A DNA stretch of 64,000 nucleotides from Scyliorhinus canicula (taxonomy: Eukaryota). The stretch lies in contig NC_052158.1 of assembly GCF_902713615.1 (NCBI RefSeq), forward strand, positions 18,596,546 to 18,660,545, in the 5' to 3' direction. Each line of letters begins with the position of its first letter. The first letter of the stretch is position 1. Made by a program: the position numbers and the translations under genes. Shown piece after piece: positions 49,176-61,888 of the stretch. The notes beneath the pieces were generated by a model that was given only the letters and a program-made list of their open reading frames with translations, did not search any database and was not told where the DNA came from.

Positions 49176-51266
49176 TAACATCGATGTTTAAATAAATTTG
49201 GAGGACCCAATTATTTTTTTTTCCAATTAAGGGGCAATTTAACGTGGCCAATCCACCTACTCCGCACATCTTTGTGTTGTGGGGGTGAAACCCACACAGA
49301 CATGGGGAGAATGTGCAAACTCCACACGGACAGTGACACAGGGCCGGGATTCAAACCCGGGTGATCAGCGCCACAGTCCCAGTGCTAACCACTGGGCCAC
49401 ATATAGCCGTCCCACTCAGCATGTTGATGAAGGCCCCCCCCCATCCCCAGCGATTGGACTTGGAACAAGTGCTGGGGAGGCGTTTAAAAGATCCGCCCCC
49501 TCTGAATAGAGGATTCTGCCCAGAGTGTGTGGCCAGAGTGAGAGTACAGGGGTGTGAGATAGAGCACGAGGGTATGAGAGAGAGAGCATGGGTGTGAGAT
49601 AGAGCACGAGGGTATGAGAGAGAGAGCATGGGTGTGTATGGGTGATAAGTGAAACTCAGTGTTGGGGGTTCAGTCTCAGCATTTCGGGTGGAGAGGTCCG
49701 GGTTGCCTCACAGGCCTTAGCGGCTGCTCAGACACCACCAGCTTCCAACCCCTCCTGTTACTGTCCTAGTTCCTTCCTCGGCTCCTCAATCCTCGCCATG
49801 TGCAAATTTTGATTCCTCCGATCCCTCGCCTTCTGATAACCCTGGAGCCCATCATCAATGTACTCGATACAGGCTTCAGATACCTCCCCTGTTTGTGACT
49901 GTTCTATCTGCCACCAAACACCCAATTGTGTGAGGGACCGATCACACTTTGCACACCAGGGTGTGCGCAACTGACACAGCTTAGACTTCACCGTCCCTGG
50001 ACCCGGACCAATACACACATGCCTGGACCATGATCCACAAAGCTCCAGAACTGCCTTTGCATCCTGGTCCCAACAATGTGCCGCGCACTATCCCAGTACA
50101 TTTCTCATTCCCTGTTAAATACCAACCCCAGTCTTGTGTCTCTATCCATCTCTTCCCTCCTGGGCTCTAGTTACCCCTCTGCACCCGAGTCACGATGTGT
50201 CTCTGTCCATCCCTTCCCCTACGTCCTCCAGTTAACCTCCCCTCCCGCCAAGTCAGGAGTCTAATTCCACCCCTTCCCTTACCCCTGTCCAATCACGCTC
50301 AACGCCCCAGCCAAGTGTCTGCCTTCCACCTCCCTATCCCTGCTCACTGAGCAGCCTTGGCAAGATGGGTCATAGAAACATAAAGAGCAATGCAGTGAAA
50401 GATATGGGAACACTGTGTGTATAAACCTCGAAAGCATGAGTGTAGTCCCCAAGATCAGAAATTCCCACCCGAGTCAACGAACCTTTACATGGTCCGTCAA
50501 ATTCTCTGTCCCGCGCCCAGGACGATTTGGGTGGCCGGCGAGGCTGGCAAATTTACCCCTATATCTATCAAATGTACATTTGAAGGCTTCCAAAATCAGG
50601 AACTAGTTTTAGATCTACTATGATCTCAGCCTGGTGCCTGACTATAAATTAGAACATTACTGTTTGCTCTCCTGCTGCTTGCTGTATGATGCAATTGACT
50701 TTCCTACAGACAGGGGAAGGAGTGGCCTCGTGGTAACGTCGGTGGAGTAGCGCCGGGTGATGTTCTCAGGGTAACCTGAGTTCGAATCCTGCCACAGCGG
50801 ATGGTGAAATTGAATTGAATAAAAATCAGGGGGAAAAAACATTGCTCATTGTTGTAAAAAAGAAAATTAGTTCTGCCTTGGGTGACTGTGTGAAGTTTGT
50901 ATGTTGTTTGAGTGGGTTTCCTCCAAAGATGTGCAGGTTAGGATGAGGGTTCGGGTTAGGGTTTGGGTTAGGGTTAGGGTTGCATACTTCTTATCTTTAC
51001 CTCGGCACTGATCACATCCATTCCCACATAGGATGTGCAGGTTAGGTGGATTGGCCATTCTAAATTGTCCCTTAGTGTGCAGGTTAGGTTATGGATAATG
51101 GGGCGGCGGGGTAGTGGATTTGGGTTAGAAGCTCTTTCCAGAGAGTCAGTGCAGACTCACTCGGCCGAATAGCCTCCTTCTGCACTGTAGGGATTCTATG
51201 AGCCAGAGGGTTGTGAGGAACAGAATGCCACATCTTCCATTAACTTGTATTTCTCTTTGATAACAG

Positions 51267-51383
51267 AAATCGAAGGACGGTGCTGACCTGCTGTACGCAG
51301 ATATCAACTGTCCTCGACCTACTGAGCCAAAAAGGCAAATCCATGTTCCCGAAGATAAAACAGAATATGCTTCAGTGCAGAAA
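51267..51383 (+). CDS. Receptor exon 5: ITIM (LLYADI) plus ITSM (TEYASV)
   Basis: Acceptor ttgtatttctctttgataacag|aaa; phase 0 matches exon 4; donor AAA|GTAGGT at 51384; read-through gives a 22-aa extension and then a stop. Confidence 0.85.
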
Positions 51384-52445
51384 GTAGGTATACCACTAAA
51401 AGCAGGGAATACTCAAGCAGGTATCCAACCTGCAATGAAACTAATCATTTGAGTTTATTAATATTTAATTGAAACATTTAAGATATAACTTCATTCAATA
51501 TAACAAAGCCACTTATTGTGAAAATCTGCTCCCAAGTTTGATTTTATCAAGGTCTATTCCAAGATTTGTGCTGAGGGTTTTCTCTGAATCTTTGGATTGA
51601 TACACAGAGTAAAATAAGTTCTTAAAGACTGCTGCTCCAAATGTCCCGCAAATAAAACTCTGCCTCACGTCTCCTCCCTCCCCACCCCCACAAAGTGACC
51701 AATTTCCTTTAAGGACTACCGCAAGCCACACATATCACATTTAAATGGAGTCATTCAGATGTACGCAACTCCTCTGTCCCTGTCCCCTTCATTTCCAAAT
51801 TAAACCAGTCCAATTTCAAATCGGAGTTTGCGCATGGGTGGATGTCCCAGATACGGAGAGGGCAGTGGGTCAGGACATTGTCAGGACCCCTTATCACCCA
51901 CTTCGATGTTCGCTTCCTTTCAGTTTTTCATTCAAGAGAATCATGGAACCAGCCAAGCTGGCAGTAGTTCTGATAGCTATTGGGCAGCAGGAGCCATATC
52001 GACTTGCGTTCTGCCACCGAATGGGGTGATCTAGGACCCAGAGAGGCTAATTGACACATCTCCGCTGTGTCTGCCCCCTCCTGTATCAGCAATCCACCTG
52101 TTTTTCTCCACCTACTGATGAGGTGGAAAGACTCTGGCCACGTTTTCAGCCCTTGGCATCATCATAACTAGAGATTGCTGGCAGACATGAGAGGGCTGAC
52201 TGTTACTGTGGGGGGGGGGGGGTGAAGCTTCCATGGATTGGGGGTTGTGGGGGGGTTGCTTGGATGCCAACTCCAGCAGCAGCCGGGCCTTTACTGTGTC
52301 ATTAGTGTGGGAGGTGGAAGAGACATAACCCTGCCATTCTCTCACTGCACAGAGTTTACGCAGTGGCTTGCAGAACATGGCGCCATGATACGACAGCATG
52401 GAGGTTCTTTATGGGTGAACAAAGTAATTTTTAATACAGAGTGAG

Positions 52446-53130
52446 TTATTCTAATTGTGACTTATCTCTAAGAGTGCCTAGGTTCAGCCGTGCCCACGTG
52501 CTATCGTTTCTTGCTCTTCCTGACCCTCCGCTATGGCTCGGTATATCCCCAGGATCCACTGCTGAGGTTGAGGCGGCCTGTTGACTTCCATTCCTTGCTT
52601 CTTGAGATGACCTTGGCGGGCGTCCCATGGGGTGCCAAGCCGTTGAGTGTCCTGGCCTGCGTTTGGGTGTTGCAGTGCTGCCCTCCTCGGTGTGCGGGGC
52701 CTGAGTTGTGTCACTCACAGGAAGGCAGTTGCCAGATAGACTGGACACCCCATGAGTGGAAGGCCCTGGGCTGTGCTCCCACTGATCTTCCTTCCTTTGG
52801 GTGCCCGGTGAATGAGGTCCAGGAGGCCTGCCATCTTCTGGCACTGACACTCGTGGATCCCCACCAGTGCCCTGCACCATTGAGCCCCTACCCTCAGCCA
52901 GGGAGGTCTTGAGCTGAACCACAGAGCGGAAAGTACCCGCCATGGAGTGCAGGTCCTGCACTAAGGTCTCCACTGCATATGCCACCCTCGCAGTGTTGAC
53001 CTCGTTGCTTTGGTTAAGGTATCATCTCCACAGACAGAAAGCGATGGGATTCCTCCTCCAGTCAGCCTTGCAGTCCGAGGAGGGATTCTGAGTCCATGGC
53101 TTCTTCAATGTGCTTTATGCAAGGTTTCCA
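52446..53130 (-). pseudogene. Harbinger partner-gene C-terminal fragment
   Basis: Low-complexity tail resembling 1352-1900 (…GRPPR…STSAVDPG…SGRAR). Confidence 0.55.
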
Positions 53131-53169
53131 GCACATTGATGGCTTCCCTTCACAGTGACCAAACACACT

Positions 53170-53522
53170 GTGGGCAACACGGTAGCATAATGGTTGGCAC
53201 AATTGCTTCACAGCTCCCAGGGTCCCAGGTTCGATTCTCAGCTTGGGCCACTGTCTGTGTGGAGTCTGCACGTTCTCCCCATGTGTGTGTGGGTTTCCTC
53301 CGAGTGCTCCGGTTTCCTCCCACAGTCCAAAGATGTGCAGGTTTAGCCATGCTAAATTGCCCTTAGTGTTCAAAAAGATTGGAGGGGATTACTGGGTTAT
53401 GGGGAGGGTGGAGGTGTGGGCTTGGGTAGGGTTTGGCTTGGGGTTAGGGTGCTCTTTCCAAGGGCAGGTGCAGACTCAATGGGCCGAATGGCCTCCTTCT
53501 GCACTATAAATTCTATAATGAT
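53170..53522 (+). mobile_element. HE1-like V-SINE
   Basis: Consensus match. Confidence 0.85.
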
Positions 53523-53985
53523 GATGATTGATGATGCCCAGTTACGACTGTATCTTGTAGGGAACGAGGATGTCTCCCATAATGAGCTGAGCTATTGTCA
53601 CTCATTCCAGTCATTGTTCATGTCTGCTCCCGAGCACCTCCAACCCATTGGCTTCAGCCTCCGGTGACACTGCACCTCAAGGATACAGAAAGATGCTGTA
53701 GAATCAGGAGAGTTAAAGTGTTCCCCGCTGCATCACCATGATGTAACCTTAGTCGTTGCGAGCAAGCGGGTAACCATCAGCCAGTCAGGAATCAGACAAT
53801 CGCAGAAGCTTTGAGGATCTATGCATTGCCCCGCTGCAATTCATCGTGAACCTCCTGGAATGTAAGGGACTATGAGCACCCGCTGTGTCCCCATAACAGG
53901 AGCTTTATCACAGACAGCGTGCATTGGCATTAGTCAGACAGGAGCGCAATGCTCACAGGAGCCATGTGAAGATATTGGGACGGCC

Positions 53986-54545
53986 TCACTGGATGTCCTC
54001 ATCACTCTCCATGAATCCAGTGGTAATGAGCGTCCTCCGAGCTTGTCTGCCTTGTCTGGACTTTGCCATTGCCTCACGGCCAACATCCTCTCCCTCAAGG
54101 ATCTCCTCCTCCTCCTCATCCCCTTCGACATCCTCCTCATCGGAGGAAACGTGCCATTCCACCTCCTCCTCAGGCAGTTCCTCCCCCTGTTGTCGTGCCA
54201 GGCAGTGCTGGGCACAGCAGGCACCCACAGTGTGTGACACCCTCTGCTGATTGTATTGTGGGGCTCCACCAGACTGGTTCAGTCACCCAATCCTCACCTT
54301 CAGCATCTCGATGGTCTGCTGCCCTGAAGCACCAGTTCAGCATGGGCTGCATCTTGTCTCAGCTACACTCTGTGGCCTCGCACAGGCGTCATCATCAACC
54401 TCGTCAGTGGGTAACCCTTGTCCCCGAGGAGCCAATCCTGCAGCCTCTGTGGAGCCTGAGAACTGCTCAAAACGTAGGAGTGGCTGCACGCTCACTGTGA
54501 CCCTCAGTGCACACCTGCATGATGTGGTTGGTGTGGTCGCAGACC
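53986..54545 (-). pseudogene. Harbinger transposase C-terminal half, decayed
   Basis: LVCDHTNHIMQV..WLLGDKGYPL..QSGGAPQY..GACCAQH plus an acidic tail. Confidence 0.78.
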
Positions 54546-54654
54546 AGCGAGACAGTCAGTGAGTGGAAAACTTTAAGGTTCACATCTTGAGGCCCTGGAG
54601 GTGTGAGTGCTATGTGAGTGCAGTCGATGGTACCTTGCACTTGCGAAAAACCAG

Positions 54655-54983
54655 GGGCTGGATTCTCCGATTTTGAGACTATGTCCTGACACCGGCGTGG
54701 GAACAGTTACGACATTAAAAATGGCACAAAACGGCCACCGATCCTCCGTTTGGCTGGGGAGCTAGCATAACGCAGCATAGAGCACCGGGCTCTAGCTGCC
54801 TATACGGAACTCGTCCTGTCGGGGGCAGAATATCGGGGGGGGGGGCCTCAGGCAATGTCCCGAGGCCATCAATACGTGCGCGGCGTACTCTCTGAGTACT
54901 CGGCTTTGGACGGGGCATAAACCTTGATTCTCCGGCCGATCGCCAAATGCGATTTCAGCGTCGGCGACCGGAGAATCCAGCCC
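54655..54983. mobile_element. Intact Harbinger MITE (329 bp)
   Basis: Perfect 15-bp TIR GGGCTGGATTCTCCG; TSD CAG at 54652-54654 and 54984-54986. Confidence 0.93.
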
Positions 54984-56013
54984 CAGAGATCTGCACAAAG
55001 CCCATCGCTCCTGCATGCTGGTCAGCCTAATCCTGAGCAAAATTGTTCTGTCCCCGCGTGAAGATTTCATCGATCACCTCTTGGGTGGATTTGTGTGGGA
55101 ATGGTTGCAAAATCCCACGGAGGTCATCTGTGGAGACATGGAAGGAGCATGGGGGTAAAAACTGAGCGACACTGGCAGTGGATGTCCTTCAAGTCCCCGT
55201 GGTGCCATGTCCTGCAGAAAATGGACATGCTAGTCTTTGGCGGCACTGGTTCTTGGATAACTGCAGACATTTTAAGTACCGTTGAGTCACCTCCAACCAA
55301 CTGTGTGGCTCATCCTCTGCCTGCAGAGTAGCCCAATCCACCCCTCCCTCTTCAGAATTCTGCTCCTGCCCTTGGCAAGCCAGGTGCTTCCATTGGCCTG
55401 CCCATCCTCCTGCCTATAAGCATGAAGAATGACAACAAGATCTCCAAGCCCCATGTTTTGTACGACATTATCAAAGAGAGAGACTTGTCAGTTAGCATTT
55501 GTCTTCCGAAGACAACTCTTCGCCCATTCATCACCTGAAGCTGCCTCCCAAAGTCCACTGACTCAGGCCCTGACCACCACAGTCCTTACTTAGCATTCTG
55601 CTTTGTCAACACCCCCCCCCCCCCCACATTTGCCCCACACCACATGACCGAGTGGCCACAGCTTTGACCACTCTACTCCATACTGACCTCTTAACTCAGG
55701 CATTTGTTTTAGTCCAAGGCCTAGCACTCAACGTGGCCTACGGGTGGCACTTGACAATATGCACCTCAGCACACAGCCAAGGATTAGGAGCACTCTCTTC
55801 AGACAATACGCCATTGCCACTTTCTAAGGCGATCTAGTCGCTTCCCCAGTCGGACAATGGTACAGGTACACCATGGCAGTCTCGATTTTGGAACTCAGAA
55901 CACCAAGGGTTAAATACGGAGTAGCAATCAGTGGCACTCACGCACAAAAGTGTTGCTTGAGTGGATATAATTGCATGCCAAAGCAGAGTCTCGGCATGTC
56001 AATTGAGTTACAG

Positions 56014-56365
56014 CTGGGCAGCACGGTAGCATGGTGGTAAGCATAAATGCTTCACAGCTCCAGGGTCCCAGGTTCGGTTCCCGGCTGGATCACTGTCTGT
56101 GTGGAGTCTGCACGTCCTCCCCGTGTGTGCGTGGGTTTCCTCCGGGTACTCCGGTTTCCTCCCACAGTTCAAAGATGTGCGGGTTAGGTGGATTGGCCAT
56201 GCTAAATTGCCCATAGTGTCCCAAAAAAATAAGGTTAGGGGGGGGTTGTTGGGTTACGGGTATAGGGTGGATACGTGGGTTTGAGTGGAGTGATCATTGC
56301 TCGGCACAACATCGAGGGCCGAAGGGCCTGTTCTGTTCTGTACTGTTCTATGTTCTATGTTCTAT
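56014..56365 (+). mobile_element. HE1-like V-SINE
   Basis: Full consensus. Confidence 0.87.
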
Positions 56366-56599
56366 GAACGGTCTCATCTGCTACGGGCTGCCGAAGACTG
56401 ATATGTTTTTAATTAACCTTTCCCTTGTCAACATTCTGCCTTTGGAAGCCACCAAGTCTCATCCCCACACATTTAATGGAATTGTCTGTGCATTATGGCT
56501 CCCCACCAGTACCCTGGGCTTCCCTTCCCTCTGTGAGCCCTTCTAAAAAGCCTAGGGACCGGCGGTAGAAAGCATTCTCAAGATCAGTGCTTTTCAGAC

Positions 56600-56880
56600 T
56601 TAACCCCTGGAGTCAACCCCTATCCACTCCCTGGTCTCCCCTGAGTCAAACCTACCTGTTTCCACCCCCCCCCCCCCGATAAACTCAACCCCCCCCCCCC
56701 TCTTGAGTCAACACCCCCCCTCCTCCCCAGTCTCCCCAAGTCAACATCCCCCTCTACCCCCACCCCAGTTTCCTTTGACTAGGGGCTGCCGGTTTTCCTT
56801 GAGTCAACCCCCAGTATCCCCTGATTCAGCCCCAATCTTCCTCTGAGTCAAACCCCAATACCTTTGGTCGACCGAGTCAT
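56600..56880. repeat. Degenerate C-rich minisatellite with a TGAGTCAA core
   Basis: About 8 degenerate units; exact TGAGTCA at 56642, 56704, 56800 and 56844. Confidence 0.7.
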
Positions 56881-57160
56881 CCCGTGCACCACACTGAGGC
56901 AACGAGATGGAAATGTTTTCCAATGAGGTTCCCGATGGTGAACGGTGGGAAACATGGCCAGCCATTGGCATGTGGAGCAGAGAATTGTGTCATGCTTTTA
57001 CTTGACACCAAACACTACTTTGCGCTTCTCGCAATATGTTCCAATCCAGTCGCCGAACCCACCCAATGCGAATGGGAGCAGAATGTCCCAGCCACAGTGG
57101 TTGCAGGTTACAAGGAGGAAATGTTGACATGATTAAATACCCATTATAGTTGAATACAGC

Positions 57161-57941
57161 GGGCGCGATCTATCGGCCACGCTGCGCCCGACAAGCAGGT
57201 CACCGCCACGCAATGTGGCTGATAGAAAGCGGGAGACCCTGTTCCCAGGATCTACCCGGCGCACAGCGCCTCACTGCATGGAGCCCTCGATTTTGCGGGA
57301 TGTTGTGATGTAAATCCTGCCCATTGTGGGCGGAATCACTTTTTGGCAGATCTACTTATTAGAGCGAGGCAGCTAGTCTGACTTTAATATGCAGATTCCC
57401 GAGGCACCCGAGGCGTTGGGTTCTATTCCCTTTGCCTCGGAGATCTTCAGTGAGTGCTGTTCAGTACTGGACTCTACACATGGGAACCAGACGGAGGAGC
57501 ACTCGTGGGGGTCTCCCAGAAGATTGGAGGCCCCCAGGTGCATGCTCCTTGGGAAGAGTGGTACCCTGACATTGCTGGTGACAGCTGGGCACCCTGCCAG
57601 TACCACTTGGGTGCCAGCCTGGCACTGGCAGGGGCAGGGTGCCAGGTTGGTAGTGCCAAGCTGGCATTGTTTCCACAGTGATCATCAGGCTGTGTGGGTG
57701 TTGGGGGAAGATTGGGAGCATCTGCAGACCCTGCCATAGTGAATTTGCGGGGGTTGATGGCTGGGGCTCTAGAGATGGGGATATCATTTAAAAAGTGGCG
57801 TTCTGATCTCCTGCTACACTGAGAGGTTCTGTCGAGCGGAGCTCCTCGATACAGAAAATGGGGCTCCGTGCGAGTGCCGGGAAACACGTGGCTAAACGCG
57901 CTCGCTATGGGACTTTGTTCCCATTTAGTTAAATCCCTCCC
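57161..57941. mobile_element. Older Harbinger-type non-autonomous element
   Basis: Degenerate ends gggcgcgat...aaatccctccc; no matching TSD. Confidence 0.45.
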
Positions 57942-58581
57942 ACTACACTTTAGATGCCAACAGAATTCTTATAATTGGAGATCAAATCAGTTGTGAACCC
58001 ACATTTCCAGTCACTATTTCCATATTGTTCCTTGCCCGCTGGAGAGCTGACAGAGATGGTATTCTCTGCCTCAGCCTTCCTGCAGTCCATTCATGCCTCA
58101 CTGCATGGAGCCCTCGCCTCTGTACACTCCTCTAATGTACACGTGGTGCAAAATATCAAAGTTGGTAGCTGTGACTAACAGATCAAGTCACAGTCTTATC
58201 TGCTCTTCTTCACCTTCATCCTCAGATTGCTCTGTCTAGCCAGGACGCAGATCTTCTGCGTTTGAAAGTTGACCAGACATTTCCGCTTCCTATCCACCCA
58301 CCTTACCTTCTGCATTTATTATCTCCGAGAGGTTGAAAAGATACGTTGTGCATAAACATACCTTCAACCTGGTGAGCTCTACAAAGCCAGCTGGCCATGC
58401 TGACTGCCGCATATAAATAGTTCAGAAGATCTTATCCCCCAGACATCCCTGGAGATGGAGTGTTACCTGTCCCTTGCCTGGTTACAAACTCCCTCCTATG
58501 ATGTATTGTTCTGTAAGAGATAAGAAAGGCTGTTGGCAAGTGTGTTGCAATGTCTGTATGTGAAGTGCCTGTATTAGATTT

Positions 58582-58849
58582 TGTGGTGAACGTATTCATC
58601 TAATGCATGAGCTGTCTGTATAATGATGTGACCTATGACCTGGAAGTGATGATACGGGCTACTTCCAGGTACTGTACTGGAACCCCAGTCGGCTCCGCCT
58701 CTGGCTCCGCCCTCACCGGGGCCATATATAGACCGGCCTCCTGTGGGTGGCACTCATTTGTACAGCCGACTCTGGCAGGCGAGTTCATGCTTAATAAAGC
58801 CTAATGTTCACTCGCTCTCACGGTCTCACGGTGAATTGACGGTATAACA
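58582..58849 (+). mobile_element. Solo LTR (268 bp) with a 5-bp TSD
   Basis: TGTGG...TAACA; TSD GATTT at 58577-58581 and 58850-58854; TATA-like catatatag and AATAAA inside. Confidence 0.88.
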
Positions 58850-60665
58850 GATTTATCGCTAGAAATATGGGGAAACTGCAAGGTATGAGGCTTGGCGCGG
58901 TGATAAATATGTGCAGGGGATGCGGCACCACTGAATGTTAGGTATGGGTTCCAACCTCTAGATAGTACTGATGGATAAATAATGGGATGTCAATAGATGG
59001 CGTGGTGCATTTGAAGATGGAATTACTGAGGGCAGCATGGTGGCGCAGTGGGTTAGCCCTGCTGCCTCACGGCACCGAAGTCCCAGGTTTGATCCCGGCT
59101 CTGGGTCACTGTCCATGTGGAGTTTGCACATTCTCCCCGTATATGCGTGGGTTTTGCCCCCACAACCCAAAGATGTGCAGGCTGGGTGGATTGGCCACGC
59201 TAAATTGCCCCTTAATTGGGAAAAATGAATTAGGGACTCTAAATTTAGAAAAAAAAGAAGATGGAACCACTGACCTTGACCACACTTGTGAGGTTATTGA
59301 ATTTTTTTCTAGCAGTACAGCCATGTTTTCAGGGCTCACTTCCTTGCGTACACCTCCAAGGCTAGCTGCCCCCATTTCCTTTGCAGTATATGCAAGGTGG
59401 ACATTTGGCCTCTGTAGAAATATGGCATCGCTCTTCCTTTCCTTTTTTTTTGAATAAATTTAGAGTACCCAATTATTTTTTTTCCAATTAAGGGCAATTT
59501 AGCGTGGCCAATCCACCTAACCTGCTCATCTTTTGGGTTGTGGGGGTGAGATCCACGCAGACATGGGGAGAATGTGCAAACTCCACACGGACAGTGACCC
59601 GGAGCCGGGATCGAACCCGGGTCCTCAGCGACATAGGCAGCAGTGCTAACCACTGCACCACCGTGCCGCCCTACTCTACCTTTCCACCACAACATGGAAC
59701 CTGCAGGTGCTCTCTCTGAGTTGCTGCTTCATTGATCCTCTTTGTTCCATATGACAAATGTTTAGAGAGATTGTTCCGCTACCTTCTGCAGCTACAACCC
59801 ACCGTCCCTTTAAATAGTGCTGCCTGGCTCTAAGTACAAGCAAGCCTCACACAAATGAGAAATAGATTTGTTTCCAACCATGGGGTTGTGGGGGGTCCAG
59901 GACTCACTGCCTGATAGAGTAGTAGAGGCACAAACCCTCAACTTGTATTAAAGTCATCAACTCATCTGAAGTCTTTAAACCTTCAGAGCTACGGGCCAAA
60001 TGTTGGAAAGCGGGATTCGACTCTGTGCCAGGTTTTCCAGCCAGCTCAGACATGATGGGCCAAGTGGCCTCCTTCTGTGGCATCAACTTTCTCTGATTCT
60101 GTGAAACCCGGCCCCACACTGAGCATGTAATCAGTCAGCAGCACGCATAGTGTTGAACTGCACACCACAATTATGGAGATCAAGAGGGTGCATGAGGTTT
60201 GCGTGCGAACTGAATCACTTCAATCTGGCATGGGTAATCACACTTCCTACAAGCTAAAATGCAAGCTACAGCCTTCTCAACATTGAATTCAGAAACTGTG
60301 GCTGTAGACTTTCCCCTTCATCTTGACTATCCCGCCCCCTCCGCCCCCCTTGTTTTCTGTATTCAGTTCCCCTGGCCTGTCCAAAGACTACCCACCCCTC
60401 CCCCACATGGCCACTGTCTCTTGTTCAGTGTTGCCCTGCCTGAGCACCGACAACTGTTTTCCTATTAACACATTCTGCTATCCATCCTTTACCACTACAG
60501 TATTAACACTTCAGTCTCTTATGGCACCATTAACAGCCCCTTCTGTCTCATGCCCGTGATACCTTTGCCAATCCCTTCTTAGCTCCGACCAATCACTGAT
60601 TCGCTATTCTGTCCACCTCCCTCTCCAGCTACATGATTCATCGCCACAACCGCTACCACCTAGAA

Positions 60666-61148
60666 CAGGGGTGGGCAAACTACGGCCCACGGGCCGCATG
60701 CGGCCCGCCAAAGGTCTTTATGCGGCCCACCAAGATCAAGTCATTAAAAAAAAAAATAATAATTTTAATTTTTTTTTAATTTTAAGGTTAATGGGGGGGG
60801 GGGCTGTTGGGTTACTGGTATAGGGTGGATACGTTGACTTGAGTAGGGTGATCATTGCTCAGCACAACATGTGTTTCATGTGAAGTTTCTACTTTAAAAT
60901 ATGAATTAATAAAAATTAATTGCTTTTTTTCTTTAAACTGAGTTACTTTGTTTTTCAAATAAATGTGTTTCATTAAAGTTTCTACTTTAAAATATTAATT
61001 AATAAAAATTAATTGCTTTTTTTTTCTTTAAAAACCTTTTATTTTGGCTATTTTAAATATTAATTATTTTACTTAATATACTATGCGGCCCTTTAAAATT
61101 GTGAATTTCTGAATGTGGCCCTTGCACGGAAAAGTTTGCCCACCACTG
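60666..61148. mobile_element. hAT (Charlie-like) MITE, 483 bp
   Basis: TIR CAGGGGTGGGCAAAC / GTTTGCCCACCACTG; 8-bp TSD ACCTAGAA at 60658-60665 and 61149-61156. Confidence 0.93.
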
Positions 61149-61424
61149 ACCTAGAAGGTCAGGGCAGCAGATACCTGCGAACCGCACGACCTGGAGGTTT
61201 CCCTCCAAGTCACTCACCACCCTGATGCTGTTCCTTCACTGTGGCTGGGGCAAAATCCTGAAACTCCCTCCCTAACAGCACTGTGGGTGTATCTACACAT
61301 CAGGGACTGCAGCAGTTCAAGAAGGCAGCTGACAGGCAACTAGAGATGGGCAATAAATGTTTGCCTAACCCGCATTGCCCACATCCCGCAATGAATAATA
61401 AATAAATAAATAAATAAATTCTAT

Positions 61425-61560
61425 CCCTTTTCAGTTCTGTAGAAGGGTCAATGGAAACATTAACTCTGTTTCTCTCTCCACAGATGCTGCCAGACCTGTT
61501 GAGTTTATCCAGCATTTTCTGTCTGTATTTCAGATTGCCAGCGTTAAACAGTATTTTCCT
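61425..61560 (+). mobile_element. Old Penelope-like element 3' end with a decayed hammerhead core
   Basis: ctgtagaagggtca..tggaaacatt followed by ctctctccacagatgctgcc; a related tail is at ~15000-15100. Confidence 0.55.
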
Positions 61561-61750
61561 ATTTCTATTATTCCTTAATTATTGTCTTGACACCATGGTG
61601 AAATTTGCATATTTCACCTGTACTGCTTGTGATTAAATTGATTTGTGTACTTCAGTTAAATATCAGTGTCATAACGGAGGCCAAGATATATTTAGTGAAG
61701 GTTCGATGGAGCTGCACTCTTTCATTGGCTTGTATTTCTCTTTGACACAG

Positions 61751-61888
61751 AAATCAAAGGACAGCACCAATGTGCTATATACAGACATCAATTGGCCTCA
61801 ATTGACTCGGACCAAAAAGAAAATCCATTTCACCAAAGAAACTGTTGTATATGCTACAGTGCAAGTAAATATACCATTTCCACTTTAA
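61751..61888 (+). CDS. Receptor exon 6: paralog of exon 5 with ITIM-like VLYTDI and VVYATV, ending in TAA
   Basis: Acceptor ttgtatttctctttgacacag|aaa is nearly identical to that of exon 5; phase 0; AATAAA at 62075; possible internal donor CAA|GTAAAT at 61865. Confidence 0.82.
   Translation, partial: KSKDSTNVLYTDINWPQLTRTKKKIHFTKETVVYATVQVNIPFPL

Noticed and set aside
50940-50982. Interstitial telomere repeat
   Set aside because: Only a few degenerate TTAGGG-like units inside SINE tail sequence.
58226-58371. Exon-like segment with a good acceptor and GTGAG donor
   Set aside because: Stops in all three frames.
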